Source of the DNA: an uncultured Acidobacteriota bacterium
GTDB lineage: Bacteria > Acidobacteriota > Thermoanaerobaculia > Thermoanaerobaculales > Sulfomarinibacteraceae
Direction of reading: 5' to 3'
DNA length: 64,000 nt
Assembly: GCA_963712805.1 (NCBI GenBank)
Contig: CAVQJV010000036.1
Span: 111,219 to 175,218, forward strand
The stretch's first letter is position 1; every line of letters begins with the position of its first letter. Under the pieces are notes generated by a model. It saw only the letters and a list, made by a program, of their open reading frames with translations. It was not told the DNA's origin and searched no databases. The translations under genes and the position numbers were made by a program. Positions 42,739 through 51,693 of the stretch are shown piece after piece.

Positions 42739-43206
42739 CTAGAAGAATGAGGTTTCCTGCTCGACCTTCTGGCCTTCCTCGCTGAGGCCTTGGATCTGAA
42801 TTGAGATAAAGGCCGGGCGGAACTTGTGGTCCTGGCAGATCCTGCGGAGGCGCTCATCGAGATCCGAGTCCCAGAACTCGATGATCTTGCCGGTAGCGGT
42901 GCAGACCATGTGGTGGTGGCCGCCGCCGGGCTCCATCTTCTCGTAGAAGTAGTGTTCGCGGCCGAGCCGGCTCTTGCGAACGAGACCGCACTGGACCAAG
43001 AGGTCAAGGGTGCGGTAGACCGTCGCTCGCGAGACCTTGCGCTGTTTGACCTTCATCCGAGCGAGAAGATCGTCGGCGTCGAGGTGCTCGTTGGTGTTGA
43101 AGATCTCATCCAGAAGAGCGAGGCGCTCCTGGGTGACCTTGAGATTGTTCTCTCTCAGGTACTGGATGAAGAGCTTTTGTGCGCGCTGGGATAACTTTGA
43201 TGTCAT
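42739..43206 (-). CDS. fur: Fur family transcriptional regulator
   Basis: RATVYRTLDLLVQCGLV (winged helix) and metal site HHHMVC. 155 aa. Confidence 0.9.
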   Translation of the reverse strand: MTSKLSQRAQKLFIQYLRENNLKVTQERLALLDEIFNTNEHLDADDLLARMKVKQRKVSRATVYRTLDLLVQCGLVRKSRLGREHYFYEKMEPGGGHHHMVCTATGKIIEFWDSDLDERLRRICQDHKFRPAFISIQIQGLSEEGQKVEQETSFF

Positions 43207-43334
43207 AAACCTAATCCAGACTCATTTTCATTGTCTCAACCCACGTTAGTGTAGATGCGACTTCGTGTCAAGAGGTCTTTCGCAAGAAGCGCCTTTGAAT
43301 GTGACCAGTTGTGCGGCAGGTTCTGGGCGGGCGC

Positions 43335-43356
43335 TAATTCTCATTTATCAATTGAT
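43335..43356. promoter_or_regulatory. AT-rich element with a 10-bp palindrome in the fur / bd-like oxidase divergent region (candidate Fur-type operator)
   Basis: taattctcatttATCAATTGAT stands out as AT-rich against the GC-rich surroundings. Resemblance to the Fur-box consensus is only partial. Confidence 0.3.
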
Positions 43357-43452
43357 GGTTGAGCAAGCATTCCGTCTTTAGATTCATAGAGTTGCGGGTC
43401 TGACCGGCGGGTGGTACGGTGAATCCGAGCGCTGTTCCAACGAGGAGGACGT

Positions 43453-44982
43453 ATGGATTATCCGATTTGGAATGTTGCCATGGGTGGTGGTGTGCTGATG
43501 GCCTGGGTGGCGATCACCCACGTCATCGTTTCCCATTTTGCCATCGGTGGCGGTCTGATCATCGTCGTAACCGAGACCCTGGCGGTGAAGCGATCGGACC
43601 CCGAGCTGCGCGAGCTCGCCCGGCGATCCTCGTTGGTGTTGATTCTGGTCTCGACGGTCTTCGGCGCCATCTCCGGGGTCGGGATCTGGGTGGTTGCGGG
43701 TCTGATCTCACCGGGTGCCATCGCGGCCCTGATCCACAACTATGTCTGGGGGTGGGCCATCGAGTGGGTCTTCTTCGTCCTCGAGATCGTCGCCGCCCTG
43801 GTCTACTACACGACCTGGGACAGGATCTCCAAGGGCGCCCATCTCATGGTCGGTTGGCTCTACTTCATCGGCGCCTATTTATCGCTGGTGGTCATCAACG
43901 GCATTATCAGCTTCATGCTCACCCCGGGGGGGTGGCTCTCGAGTCACGCGTTCTGGGATGGCTTCTTCAACCCCACCTACTGGCCCTCGTTGGTGCTGCG
44001 CACCGGAATCTGCATTCTCATGGCAGTCGCCTTCATGTTGTGGCCGGCCTTCAAGGCCGCAGCTGATCGCAGATCGGACCTCGCACGTTATCTCGGGTGG
44101 TGGTTCGTCGGCGGGGTGTTCCTGAGTTATGCCGGCTATCGCTGGTGGGAGGCGGTCCTCCCGGACACGGTCAAGGCGCTCTTCCTCGGCGAGACCCCGA
44201 CCCTGGCCGGACTCGCCGCCACGCGTTCCTTCACCCTCTGGTCGCTGGCCCTCGGGCTGGCGGTCACGATCCTGGCGCTGCTGCTTGCGCCCAAACTCGC
44301 TCGCGGTCTGACAGCGGCCGTCCTCATGATCGGCGCTTTCGGTTTCTTCGGCGGATACGAGCGTTTGCGCGAGGGCACCCGCAAGCCGTTCCTGATTCAC
44401 AGCCACCTCTTTTCCAACGGGCTTCTCGTCAGCCAGATCGACGAGATCAACGACAAGGGCATCGCGGCTCACTCGGGATGGGTGGCGGCGGGAGACCCCT
44501 CGCCCGAGGCCCTTGGTGGGCGCATTTTCGCCGCCCAGTGCTCGAGCTGCCACACTCTTGACGGTTACCAGAGCATCCGTGAGGTCTTGCCAACCGTTGC
44601 CGATATGGAGCTCGTGGCGGCCGATGATCCGCCGGGGTCGGGCGCGGTCCACTACCGCACCCAATGCTCAGCATGCCACGGCGAGATCGAGTACGAGGAA
44701 ATGGTCGAAATGCTCCCCACCCTGAAAGAGATCCAGGATGATCCTGACTTCATCCGAGAACTCAACCTGGGGATGATCACCATGACCGTGGTCGAGCTCA
44801 AGGAGATGGGCGCCGAACTGGCCGCCTTCGACCGGAAAACCACCTTTGACATGCGCCGGATCGATCGACCATATATGCCACCCTTTGTCGGCACCGACGA
44901 AGAGGCGGAGGCGCTGGCGGTCTACCTCGCGTCTCTGGACAGCGCGGCGACCGGACACGCCACGAGCGGAGGTGAGCGATGA
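43453..44982 (+). CDS. Cytochrome bd subunit I (CydA)-like membrane protein fused to a C-terminal di-heme cytochrome c domain
   Basis: The N-terminus parallels CydA helices (ITHVIVSHFAIGGG, WAIEWVFFVLEIVAALVYY, WDRISKGAHLMVGWLYFIGAYLS). The C-terminal soluble part has two CxxCH motifs (CSSCH, CSACH). GAGGAGG RBS. Confidence 0.75.
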   Translation: MDYPIWNVAMGGGVLMAWVAITHVIVSHFAIGGGLIIVVTETLAVKRSDPELRELARRSSLVLILVSTVFGAISGVGIWVVAGLISPGAIAALIHNYVWGWAIEWVFFVLEIVAALVYYTTWDRISKGAHLMVGWLYFIGAYLSLVVINGIISFMLTPGGWLSSHAFWDGFFNPTYWPSLVLRTGICILMAVAFMLWPAFKAAADRRSDLARYLGWWFVGGVFLSYAGYRWWEAVLPDTVKALFLGETPTLAGLAATRSFTLWSLALGLAVTILALLLAPKLARGLTAAVLMIGAFGFFGGYERLREGTRKPFLIHSHLFSNGLLVSQIDEINDKGIAAHSGWVAAGDPSPEALGGRIFAAQCSSCHTLDGYQSIREVLPTVADMELVAADDPPGSGAVHYRTQCSACHGEIEYEEMVEMLPTLKEIQDDPDFIRELNLGMITMTVVELKEMGAELAAFDRKTTFDMRRIDRPYMPPFVGTDEEAEALAVYLASLDSAATGHATSGGER

Positions 44983-46074
44983 ACACCGATTTGATACCGG
45001 CCCTCGACGCCGCGGGTATGCCGGGACCGCCCTGGCTCTTTCACTTCCTTCTGGTTTTCACGTTTTTTCTCCACCTCATTTTCATGAACCTCACCCTCGG
45101 TGGGACCTTGATCGCGTTCATCGCCAATCTGCGGGGCGGCGGCCGGTCAATCGATCCCAACACCGTGTTCGCCAAGCGCCTCATGGCGGTCAACACCTAC
45201 GCCATCTCCCTTGCCATCACCACCGGTGTCGCACCGCTGCTCTTTGTTCAGGTCCTCTACCAGCAGTACTTCTACACCGGCACCATCCTCCTCGGTTGGA
45301 TCTGGTTCAACATGCTGGTCCTGTTGATGATCGGCTACTACGCGGCCTATCTGCACAAGAAATTCAGGGGCCCGTGGCTCGGGGTCTCGGCCGTGACCTT
45401 CTTCGGAATCGCCATGACTCACGTGGCGGTCCACCTCATCCACGTCCAACCCGCGAAATGGGCGCAGTTCGACGTCGGTCCGCTGAGTGTTCTCGGCGAC
45501 CCGACCTACTGGCCGCGGCTCCTCCACTTCGTCCTCGCCGCCATCACCTTTGCGGCGCTCGTCGCCGGTTGGTGGGCGGTTCGCCGGGCACGGGCCGGCG
45601 ACGATGTCGAGCTCAACACGAGCATCGCCAAGAGCGCCTGGCGCTGGGCGCTGTGGGCCACCGTGCTGGTGGTGGTGGACGGCTTCATCCTGCTCGGCGT
45701 GCTGCCGAAGCCGGTCCTTCTTGGAGTCATGCGCGGCGGTCTCGCAATCCTCGGACCCCTCGACGATCTCGATTCTGCTCGGGATCGGGCTGTTGATGAT
45801 GTTGGCTCGGGTGTCGAATCCGGTGGAGAAGCCCGGCCTCGTCTCCGGGACGCTCGCGGCACTGACGCTGACCATCGCGGTCATGTCCGTCACTCGGCAT
45901 CAGGTGCGGGTGCTCTATCTCGAGCCGGCCACCTCGCAGTTCCAGGCGACTGTCGTTCCCCAGTGGGGGAATTTCATCCTCTTCGCAGTTCTGTTGGTGT
46001 TCGGGCTCGCAACGGTCTTCTGGATGGTCCGCCGGGTCGTGACCAGCCCGGCCGAGGGCGACGAAGCTGCGTAG
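44979..46074 (+). pseudogene. Polytopic membrane partner of the CydA-like gene, frame broken at a CCCC run (45756-45759)
   Basis: ATGA overlap with the upstream gene. Frame 1 is hydrophobic up to ..MRGGLAILGP and then turns R/G/D-rich. The +1 frame continues as membrane protein (TISILLGIGLLMMLARV...FILFAVLLVFGLATVFWMV) to the TAG at 46074. Confidence 0.55.
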
Positions 46075-46095
46075 CTCTCAACGTGAGGCGACGAG

Positions 46096-46235
46096 CCACA
46101 GAGGCATCGAGCTACCGAGGATTGCGTGGCTATCGAGCGGCACATCCTCGGATGAGCGGCCGTTCGTCCTTCAACGGCGAGTGAACCGCAAAGGCCGCCA
46201 AGAGTTCTCTCGCGAAGAGCGCCAAGCATCGCAGG
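46096..46235 (+). repeat. Dispersed intergenic repeat, copy B1 (head CCACAGAGGC)
   Basis: Head ccacagaggc, internal hairpin ccgaggat..atcctcgg, gtgaaccgcaaaggccgccaaga, tail gcgccaagcatcgca. Collinear with 49758-49890. Confidence 0.65.
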
Positions 46236-46400
46236 GTTCTTTTGCCCCCAAGAACCCCGTTCGTTGTCCCTCTCCGTTCGTGCCGGCTCATTTTCTCGAG
46301 AGGTGTTGGGTTGGGGCATGGTGACACCGTCTTTGGTCCGGTTACCTCGAAGGTTCTGCGACAGTCAGCCACCATCAACGATTCGCGCAACAATCTCTAT

Positions 46401-46544
46401 GATGCGATGCCTTTGCGCTACTTTGAGGTGTTCCTGCTTGGCGATCTTGGCGGTTTACTTACCGCAGCGGCAACCGCGGTAGCTCCGACAACGGCGAACC
46501 GATCCAGACCCACGAGCCCTCTCGGTGCCTCTGGGCCTCTGTGG
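46401..46544 (-). repeat. Dispersed intergenic repeat, copy B2 (inverted relative to B1)
   Basis: The reverse complement reads ccacagaggcccagagg...gtaagtaaaccgccaagatcgccaag...gcgcaaaggcatcgca. With B1 it gives outward-facing CCACAGAGGC termini at 46096 and 46544. Confidence 0.65.
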
Positions 46545-46575
46545 TCAGCCGGTGGCGTTCCGGTCAGGCGGCGTC

Positions 46576-46869
46576 TCAGTCGTGGACGCCCGCCCACTGA
46601 TCGGGGGTGAGGGTGCGCATCTCGAGGGCGTGGATGTCGGTGGTCATGAGTTCGCCGAGGGCCTCATAGACGAGGCGTTGGGCGGCGACTCTGGAGAGTC
46701 CTTCGAAGCGAGGTGAAACCACAAGGACACGGTAGTGGCCGCCACCGCCCTGGGCGCCGAGGTGGCCGGTGTGGTGGGCGCTGTCATCCTCGATCTCGAT
46801 GTGGATTGGATCGAGACCGTTCTCGAGGCGGGTGCGGATGATCTCGGCGCGATCTTCTCCTCGTGGCAT
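46576..46869 (-). CDS. bolA: BolA family protein
   Basis: IEIEDDSAHHTGH, YRVLVVSPRFEGLSRVAAQRLVYEAL, IHALEMRTLTPDQW. GGAGG RBS before the ATG at 46869. Confidence 0.85.
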   Translation of the reverse strand: MPRGEDRAEIIRTRLENGLDPIHIEIEDDSAHHTGHLGAQGGGGHYRVLVVSPRFEGLSRVAAQRLVYEALGELMTTDIHALEMRTLTPDQWAGVHD

Positions 46870-46961
46870 GGTCCCTCCGTATCTCAACTCGCTCCTGAGT
46901 GAAACCACAAAGGGGAATACTCTCTTCCCGCGAGCCCATCCTCGCGGGGCTGGACGATTGC

Positions 46962-47162
46962 CTACTTGGGATCGACGCTCTTGGTGCTCGAGTTCGAGTC
47001 CGACTCGTCCTTCTCGTCGTTGCCGGTCTTGATGGAGTCTTTGAAGTTCCTGATCCCCTCTCCAAGCCCCTTGCCGAGACGGGGGAGCTTGTTGACGCCG
47101 AAAATCAAGATCACGATCGCGAGAATTATCAGCAACTCGGGCACACCGAGTGATCCGAACAT
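46962..47162 (-). CDS. tatA: Twin-arginine translocase subunit TatA/E
   Basis: [41 protein letters not shown] is canonical TatA. GGAGG RBS. Confidence 0.9.
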   Translation of the reverse strand: MFGSLGVPELLIILAIVILIFGVNKLPRLGKGLGEGIRNFKDSIKTGNDEKDESDSNSSTKSVDPK

Positions 47163-47248
47163 TGAGACCTCCGTCCGGGATGCGCGGCATCCCACCCGCC
47201 CAGTCTAACCCAAGATGGGTCGTTCTGGCGTATGAGGTCTGCCCGTTC

Positions 47249-48199
47249 TCAGGCTTTGAGGAGAGCCACGGTGTGGTCGTCGGCGCCGCGGTGCTCGAGG
47301 GGTTCGATGAGGTTTCGGGCGAGATCGATCATCCACTGTCGATACTCGGTGCGGCCGGCAACGGAAAATCGGGCAAAGGTCCCCAGCACCTTGAGACCCC
47401 GTTGGATCCGCACCGCGGCCGCCCGTTCCCGCCATCCGGGCTCGGCTCGGGTATGGTGTGCCCAACTTGCGAGGATCTCGCACCGTTGAACCGACGACAG
47501 CAGCCTGGTCGCGGCGCGCTCGGAGGTCAACGATACCGCGTCGTAGGTATCGGGCCCGACGAGAATGTCCTGGATGTCAATGATCCCGATAGACCCATCC
47601 TGGCCGATGAGTAAATTGTTGAGGTGGTAGTCACGGTGGCACACCCGCCGCGGATGGCTCCCGACCTCGGCCGCGAGCTCGTCGAGCCAGCGACCCAGCG
47701 CCGCCGAGGGATTCCCTGATCTGTAGTGACGGACGAACCACAGCTCGAATCCTGCAAGTTCCCAACGCAATCGATGTCGATCGAGGGGCGGATTCCAGAG
47801 CGGGAGTTCTTCGACGGCGCACCCGGACAGGATTTCGAGGGGCTTGAGTATCTCCTCGACCAGCCTCCGACGGTCGTCCGGTGCCGCGGCCTCGAAGGCG
47901 GCTTCGGCATCTTCCCTGCCGAGATCCGAGAGCACGGCCTGACCGGCCGGCGGATCGCACCCTAGGATCTCGGGGACGTTCAATCCGCGCCGAAGGCACC
48001 ACGAAAGGACCTCGAGATCATCGGTGAGGCGGTTGCGAATGGCGGCCGGGTACTCCACGAGGATCGCGGTCCGGCCATCGGCGGCCCACAACCGGCTGTA
48101 GCGGCGTGGCGACGCGTCTCCGGTGAGGGCGTCTCTCCTGGCCCAATCGGCGAACTGCGGCGGTTTGAAAGTCGTCATCGGCATCATGGTCTTCCCCAT
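47249..48199 (-). CDS. Aminoglycoside phosphotransferase (APH/ChoK) family kinase, AmgK-like
   Basis: Catalytic HRDYHLNNLL and IIDIQD motifs. Substrate cannot be inferred by eye. Confidence 0.7.
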   Translation of the reverse strand: MGKTMMPMTTFKPPQFADWARRDALTGDASPRRYSRLWAADGRTAILVEYPAAIRNRLTDDLEVLSWCLRRGLNVPEILGCDPPAGQAVLSDLGREDAEAAFEAAAPDDRRRLVEEILKPLEILSGCAVEELPLWNPPLDRHRLRWELAGFELWFVRHYRSGNPSAALGRWLDELAAEVGSHPRRVCHRDYHLNNLLIGQDGSIGIIDIQDILVGPDTYDAVSLTSERAATRLLSSVQRCEILASWAHHTRAEPGWRERAAAVRIQRGLKVLGTFARFSVAGRTEYRQWMIDLARNLIEPLEHRGADDHTVALLKA

Positions 48200-48304
48200 G
48201 GACGCTACACCACGCGGTGCCGGGGAGCAACGATCGGGTCCACAACCTCGTTTCCCCCCACCTCGTCGCCAAATGGTGTAGCCTTATCGTTCGTGGGAGG
48301 ATTG

Positions 48305-48673
48305 GTGGACAACGAGCGATCCAAGAAACTCAGAAAGCTCCTCGAGCGACTCGGTACCGCGATCCACGCATCCGTGGTCCACTCGGACGAAGTGAAGGTC
48401 TGTCTGGATGAACTCCAATCCCTCGGTTGGGAGGCGGTGATGTTCCTCGAGGCGAATCTCGGTTGCCGGTCGGACGAAGGCGCGGACTCCGCCGATGGGA
48501 CCCTCCGTATCCATGTCGGCGCCACCGATGGCGAGTCCGAATACCGAATCGTTCCCAACGATGCCCGCTGGCTCGCCTCGATCGGGATCTCGCCGACCAA
48601 ACGGCGCAGTCATCCGCAACGACCGCTGCCGCCGCTGAATCAGCCTTTCCCGCCGGCACGCGATGAAGGCTGA
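48305..48673 (+). CDS. Hypothetical protein
   Basis: ORF with GGGAGGA before the GTG at 48305 (the track start is 48293). No recognisable motifs. Confidence 0.35.
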   Translation: MDNERSKKLRKLLERLGTAIHASVVHSDEVKVCLDELQSLGWEAVMFLEANLGCRSDEGADSADGTLRIHVGATDGESEYRIVPNDARWLASIGISPTKRRSHPQRPLPPLNQPFPPARDEG

Positions 48674-48689
48674 ATAGGCGGGTCACGGG

Positions 48690-49745
48690 ATGACAGGCCT
48701 TGTTGATTCACGTGTCAATCTCGTCGGCAGGACGCCGAGCGAGATCGCCTCCCTCCTCGAGGGCCATGTGGATCGGTCGTACCGGGCCCGTCAGGTCGCC
48801 CAGTGGATCGTCGATAGGAACGCAGGCGATTTTTCCGAGATGACCAATCTGACCAAGAAAATGCGAGCCGAACTCGGGTTGCATTTTCGGATTGTCGACC
48901 CCGAGATCCTCGACGAGAGCGCGAGTGGCGATGGCTCGGTCAAATGGCTCTTCGGGCTGTCGGACGGCGTCACCATCGAGGGTGTCTCCATGCCCGAGAA
49001 CGGGAAGCTCACCATGTGCCTGTCTTCCCAGGCCGGCTGCGCGGTTGGTTGTACCTTCTGTGTCACCGGGGCGCTCGGCGCCGGACGCAACCTCAGACCG
49101 GACGAGATCGTCGGTCAATACCGGGTGATGCTTCGGCAACTCGATGAGCCCGTCGATCGAGTCAACATCGTATTCATGGGTATGGGTGAACCGCTACTCA
49201 ACACCGGCCATCTCGGCCCGGCCCTGGAAACCCTGTACGAACGGGTGAGTCCCAGACGCATCACGGTTTCGACCTCGGGCATTCTGCCCGGAATCAAGTG
49301 GCTGGCGGGGTTGCCCCGCCGACCCAAGCTCGCGGTCTCGCTCAATGCCCCCGATCAGGAGCGGCGGGAGTTACTGATGCCCATTGCACGGCGGTATCCG
49401 TTGCCTGAGCTCATGACCGAGCTCAGGGCGTTCCCCCTCGAGCGCGGCCGACGCATCACCTTCGAGTATGTTCTTATCCGCGGCCTCAACGATTCCGTAC
49501 CCGATGCTCAGACCCTCGTTCGACTGATCCGCGGGATCCCGTGCAAGATCAACGTCATTCCGCTCAACGAGGACGCGGAGCATTTTCCACAGCACCGCCG
49601 TCCCGATGACGAGACCATCAATCGCTTCGCCGTCACCCTGCGGGATGCCGGACTCACGGTCACCGTGCGCTGGTCCAAGGGTCTCGATGTCGACGCCGCG
49701 TGCGGTCAACTCAAGGGCCGCCATCAATCCCGCCTGCCCGGTTAG
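48690..49745 (+). CDS. rlmN: 23S rRNA/tRNA (adenine-C2)-methyltransferase RlmN (radical SAM)
   Basis: CLSSQAGCAVGCTFCVTG cluster, MGMGEPL, and the C-terminal catalytic Cys context AACGQL. Confidence 0.93.
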   Translation: MTGLVDSRVNLVGRTPSEIASLLEGHVDRSYRARQVAQWIVDRNAGDFSEMTNLTKKMRAELGLHFRIVDPEILDESASGDGSVKWLFGLSDGVTIEGVSMPENGKLTMCLSSQAGCAVGCTFCVTGALGAGRNLRPDEIVGQYRVMLRQLDEPVDRVNIVFMGMGEPLLNTGHLGPALETLYERVSPRRITVSTSGILPGIKWLAGLPRRPKLAVSLNAPDQERRELLMPIARRYPLPELMTELRAFPLERGRRITFEYVLIRGLNDSVPDAQTLVRLIRGIPCKINVIPLNEDAEHFPQHRRPDDETINRFAVTLRDAGLTVTVRWSKGLDVDAACGQLKGRHQSRLPG

Positions 49746-49757
49746 TTCACAGATATC

Positions 49758-49890
49758 CCACAGAGGCGCAGGGCAATCGATCGGTCGAGGATGCTTCGCC
49801 CTCGATGGGTCGACCCTGGTTCCTTCATCAGTAAGTGAACCGCTAAGATCGCCAAGAAGGAGCATCGCCAAGGGCGCCAAGACAATCGCA
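49758..49890 (+). repeat. Dispersed intergenic repeat, copy C1
   Basis: ccacagaggc..tcgagg/cctcga hairpin..gtaagtgaaccgctaagatcgccaagaagg..gcgccaagacaatcgca. Collinear with B1 and with the reverse complement of B2. Confidence 0.65.
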
Positions 49891-49895
49891 CTCTA

Positions 49896-50017
49896 GCGCT
49901 TGCGGTGTGGCGTTTTTTGTGATGCCACTCAAGAACTCCGCACACGACCCATCGGTCGATGAGCCGAAGGCCCAGAGCGCGCTCGAGCACCGAAAATGGC
50001 CCTCCGTGACTCTGTGG
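49896..50017 (-). repeat. Degenerate inverted copy C2 of the same repeat family
   Basis: The reverse complement starts ccacagagtcacggagg. With C1 it gives outward-facing CCACAGAG termini at 49758 and 50017. The interior is more diverged. Confidence 0.4.
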
Positions 50018-50039
50018 TCCAACTTCGGCGTCGACGTGT

Positions 50040-50744
50040 TCAGTTGTTGAGATAGACCATCGACCACTGGCGGCCGGCGGCGGCGCCGTCCCGCCTGTAC
50101 GACGCGAGTTCGGCTGACTCGAAGGTGCAGGAGCCGACGGTCTCGATGTTCTCCGCCGCGACGCCGAGGGCCTCGAGACGGGCGGCGAGGAAGCCGCGAA
50201 GGTCGACGTGGTCTCCTGAGAGCCAAAGAGAATCGTCGAGATCGAAGCGTCGAAGGGCTTCGGTGACCTCGGGTCCGACCTCGTAGCACGAGCCGCACAC
50301 CGAGGGGCCGAGGGCGACTCGAAGACGGTCGGGAGGCGTCTGGTGGTTCGCCAACCGCGCCACGGCGGCGCCGACGATATCGGCGGCGCAGCCCCGCCAA
50401 CCCGAGTGGATGGCGGCGACAACCCCATCGCCGGCGAGCAACACCGGCACGCAATCGGCGGTCCAAACCAGCAGCCCGACCCCCGGGGTCGTCGTCACCA
50501 GACCATCGCCCGAACCGAGATTCACCACCTCGAGCCCACCGGCACAGACTTCGTGAATCGTTCGGCCGTGGATCTGATCGCAGTACCTGAGTCGTCGAGC
50601 CCGGTTGTCGAGGATAGCCGCGAGACGCGAGGGATCCCCGGCCGCACCGGTGGCCGGCCCGAGCGCGAAGGTCATGGTCAGGGCACCATCACTGCGCACA
50701 AGGGTCCGATCGCGACCCACGGTCTCTTCGCGCCAGACGTTCAT
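50040..50744 (-). CDS. YfiH/PgeF family (laccase-domain) protein
   Basis: QIHGRTIH, TADCVPVLL, AAIHSGWRG, CGSCYEVG and the HxCxH-type residues of the DUF152 family. Start is uncertain (ATG 50744 or an upstream GTG). Confidence 0.85.
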   Translation of the reverse strand: MNVWREETVGRDRTLVRSDGALTMTFALGPATGAAGDPSRLAAILDNRARRLRYCDQIHGRTIHEVCAGGLEVVNLGSGDGLVTTTPGVGLLVWTADCVPVLLAGDGVVAAIHSGWRGCAADIVGAAVARLANHQTPPDRLRVALGPSVCGSCYEVGPEVTEALRRFDLDDSLWLSGDHVDLRGFLAARLEALGVAAENIETVGSCTFESAELASYRRDGAAAGRQWSMVYLNN

Positions 50745-51024
50745 CGGGCGATGTTCTGTCACGGTGTTGCTCCCGACCCCAATGGTACAATGCGGGCCCC
50801 GGAGGCAGCGTGTTTCAACCGACTCTTCAGGGCCGTCGAGCACCCTTCGATGCCGAGTTCGATGCCCCACCAGCAAGCTGCTCAGGGCGGATTTCCGCCA
50901 TACCATCGGGCGCCCCAACCACGAGGCCCGGACGACGACACAATAAACGGCTCTTTGTGAAGTCCTTCGTGTCTTTGGGCCTTTGTGGTTGCGACGGGAC
51001 GGGGTTCTCTAGGGAGCCCGTGGC

Positions 51025-51693
51025 GTGATCCGAATCCGCGGCGTCACCAAGGACTATGATCGGCGGCAGATTCTCCGCGGCGTCGATCTCTCGGTTGACG
51101 ACGGTGAGATGGTCTTTCTCACCGGCCCGTCCGGTGCCGGAAAGACGACGCTGTTGCGCTTGCTCTACGCCGCGGAGCGACCCACCGATGGCGAGATCTG
51201 GGTCGCCGGAAGTCGGATCGACACCCTCCCTCGGTCGGAATTGCCGCAGCTCCGGCGGAAGATCGGGGTCATCTTCCAGGACTTCAAACTGCTGCGACGA
51301 AAGACGGTCCTTGAAAACGTCACTTTTGTCCTGAGGTTTCACGGTATCCCGCAGCGCGAAGCCCATCGGCGGGCCTACCAGGTCCTCAAGCGTCTCGGTC
51401 TTCACCATCGCCAGTCTGCGCTGCCGGAGTCCCTGTCCGGCGGCGAGCAACAGCGGGTCGCCATCGCGCGGGCCCTGGTTTACCAACCCCGGTTGATTCT
51501 GGCCGATGAGCCCACCGGCAATCTCGATGCCGATCTCGCTTCGGAGCTTCTCTCACTGCTGTGTGATATCAACTACCAGGGCGCCACTGTGGTCCTCGCG
51601 ACCCACGATCACGCGCTGCTGGAGTCCCTGCCCGCACGAACCCTGGTTCTTCGCCGGGGCGAGATCGACTATGACGGGATGTGGCCGCCTTGA
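51025..51693 (+). CDS. ftsE: Cell division ATP-binding protein FtsE
   Basis: Walker A GPSGAGKTT, signature LSGGEQQR, Walker B ILADEPTGNLD. GTG start. Confidence 0.9.
   Translation: MIRIRGVTKDYDRRQILRGVDLSVDDGEMVFLTGPSGAGKTTLLRLLYAAERPTDGEIWVAGSRIDTLPRSELPQLRRKIGVIFQDFKLLRRKTVLENVTFVLRFHGIPQREAHRRAYQVLKRLGLHHRQSALPESLSGGEQQRVAIARALVYQPRLILADEPTGNLDADLASELLSLLCDINYQGATVVLATHDHALLESLPARTLVLRRGEIDYDGMWPP

Noticed and set aside
46075-46575. Structured RNA gene (RNase P RNA, SRP RNA, tmRNA, 6S) or tRNA in the 500-bp non-coding gap and in other gaps (21881-22070, 49746-50039).
   Set aside because: I found no hallmark motifs: no GAGGAAAGUCC-type RNase P core, no SRP GGAA/AGCA domain IV pattern, no tmRNA tag ORF and no tRNA cloverleaf with T-loop GTTCGAATC-like sequence. 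The regions are explained better by the inverted dispersed repeats. A covariance-model scan would still be needed to be sure.
46096-50017. An autonomous mobile element, genomic island or prophage associated with the repeats.
   Set aside because: No transposase, integrase, phage or conjugation genes are present. The flanking genes (bolA, tatA, rlmN, yfiH) are core housekeeping genes with the same composition as the rest of the window.
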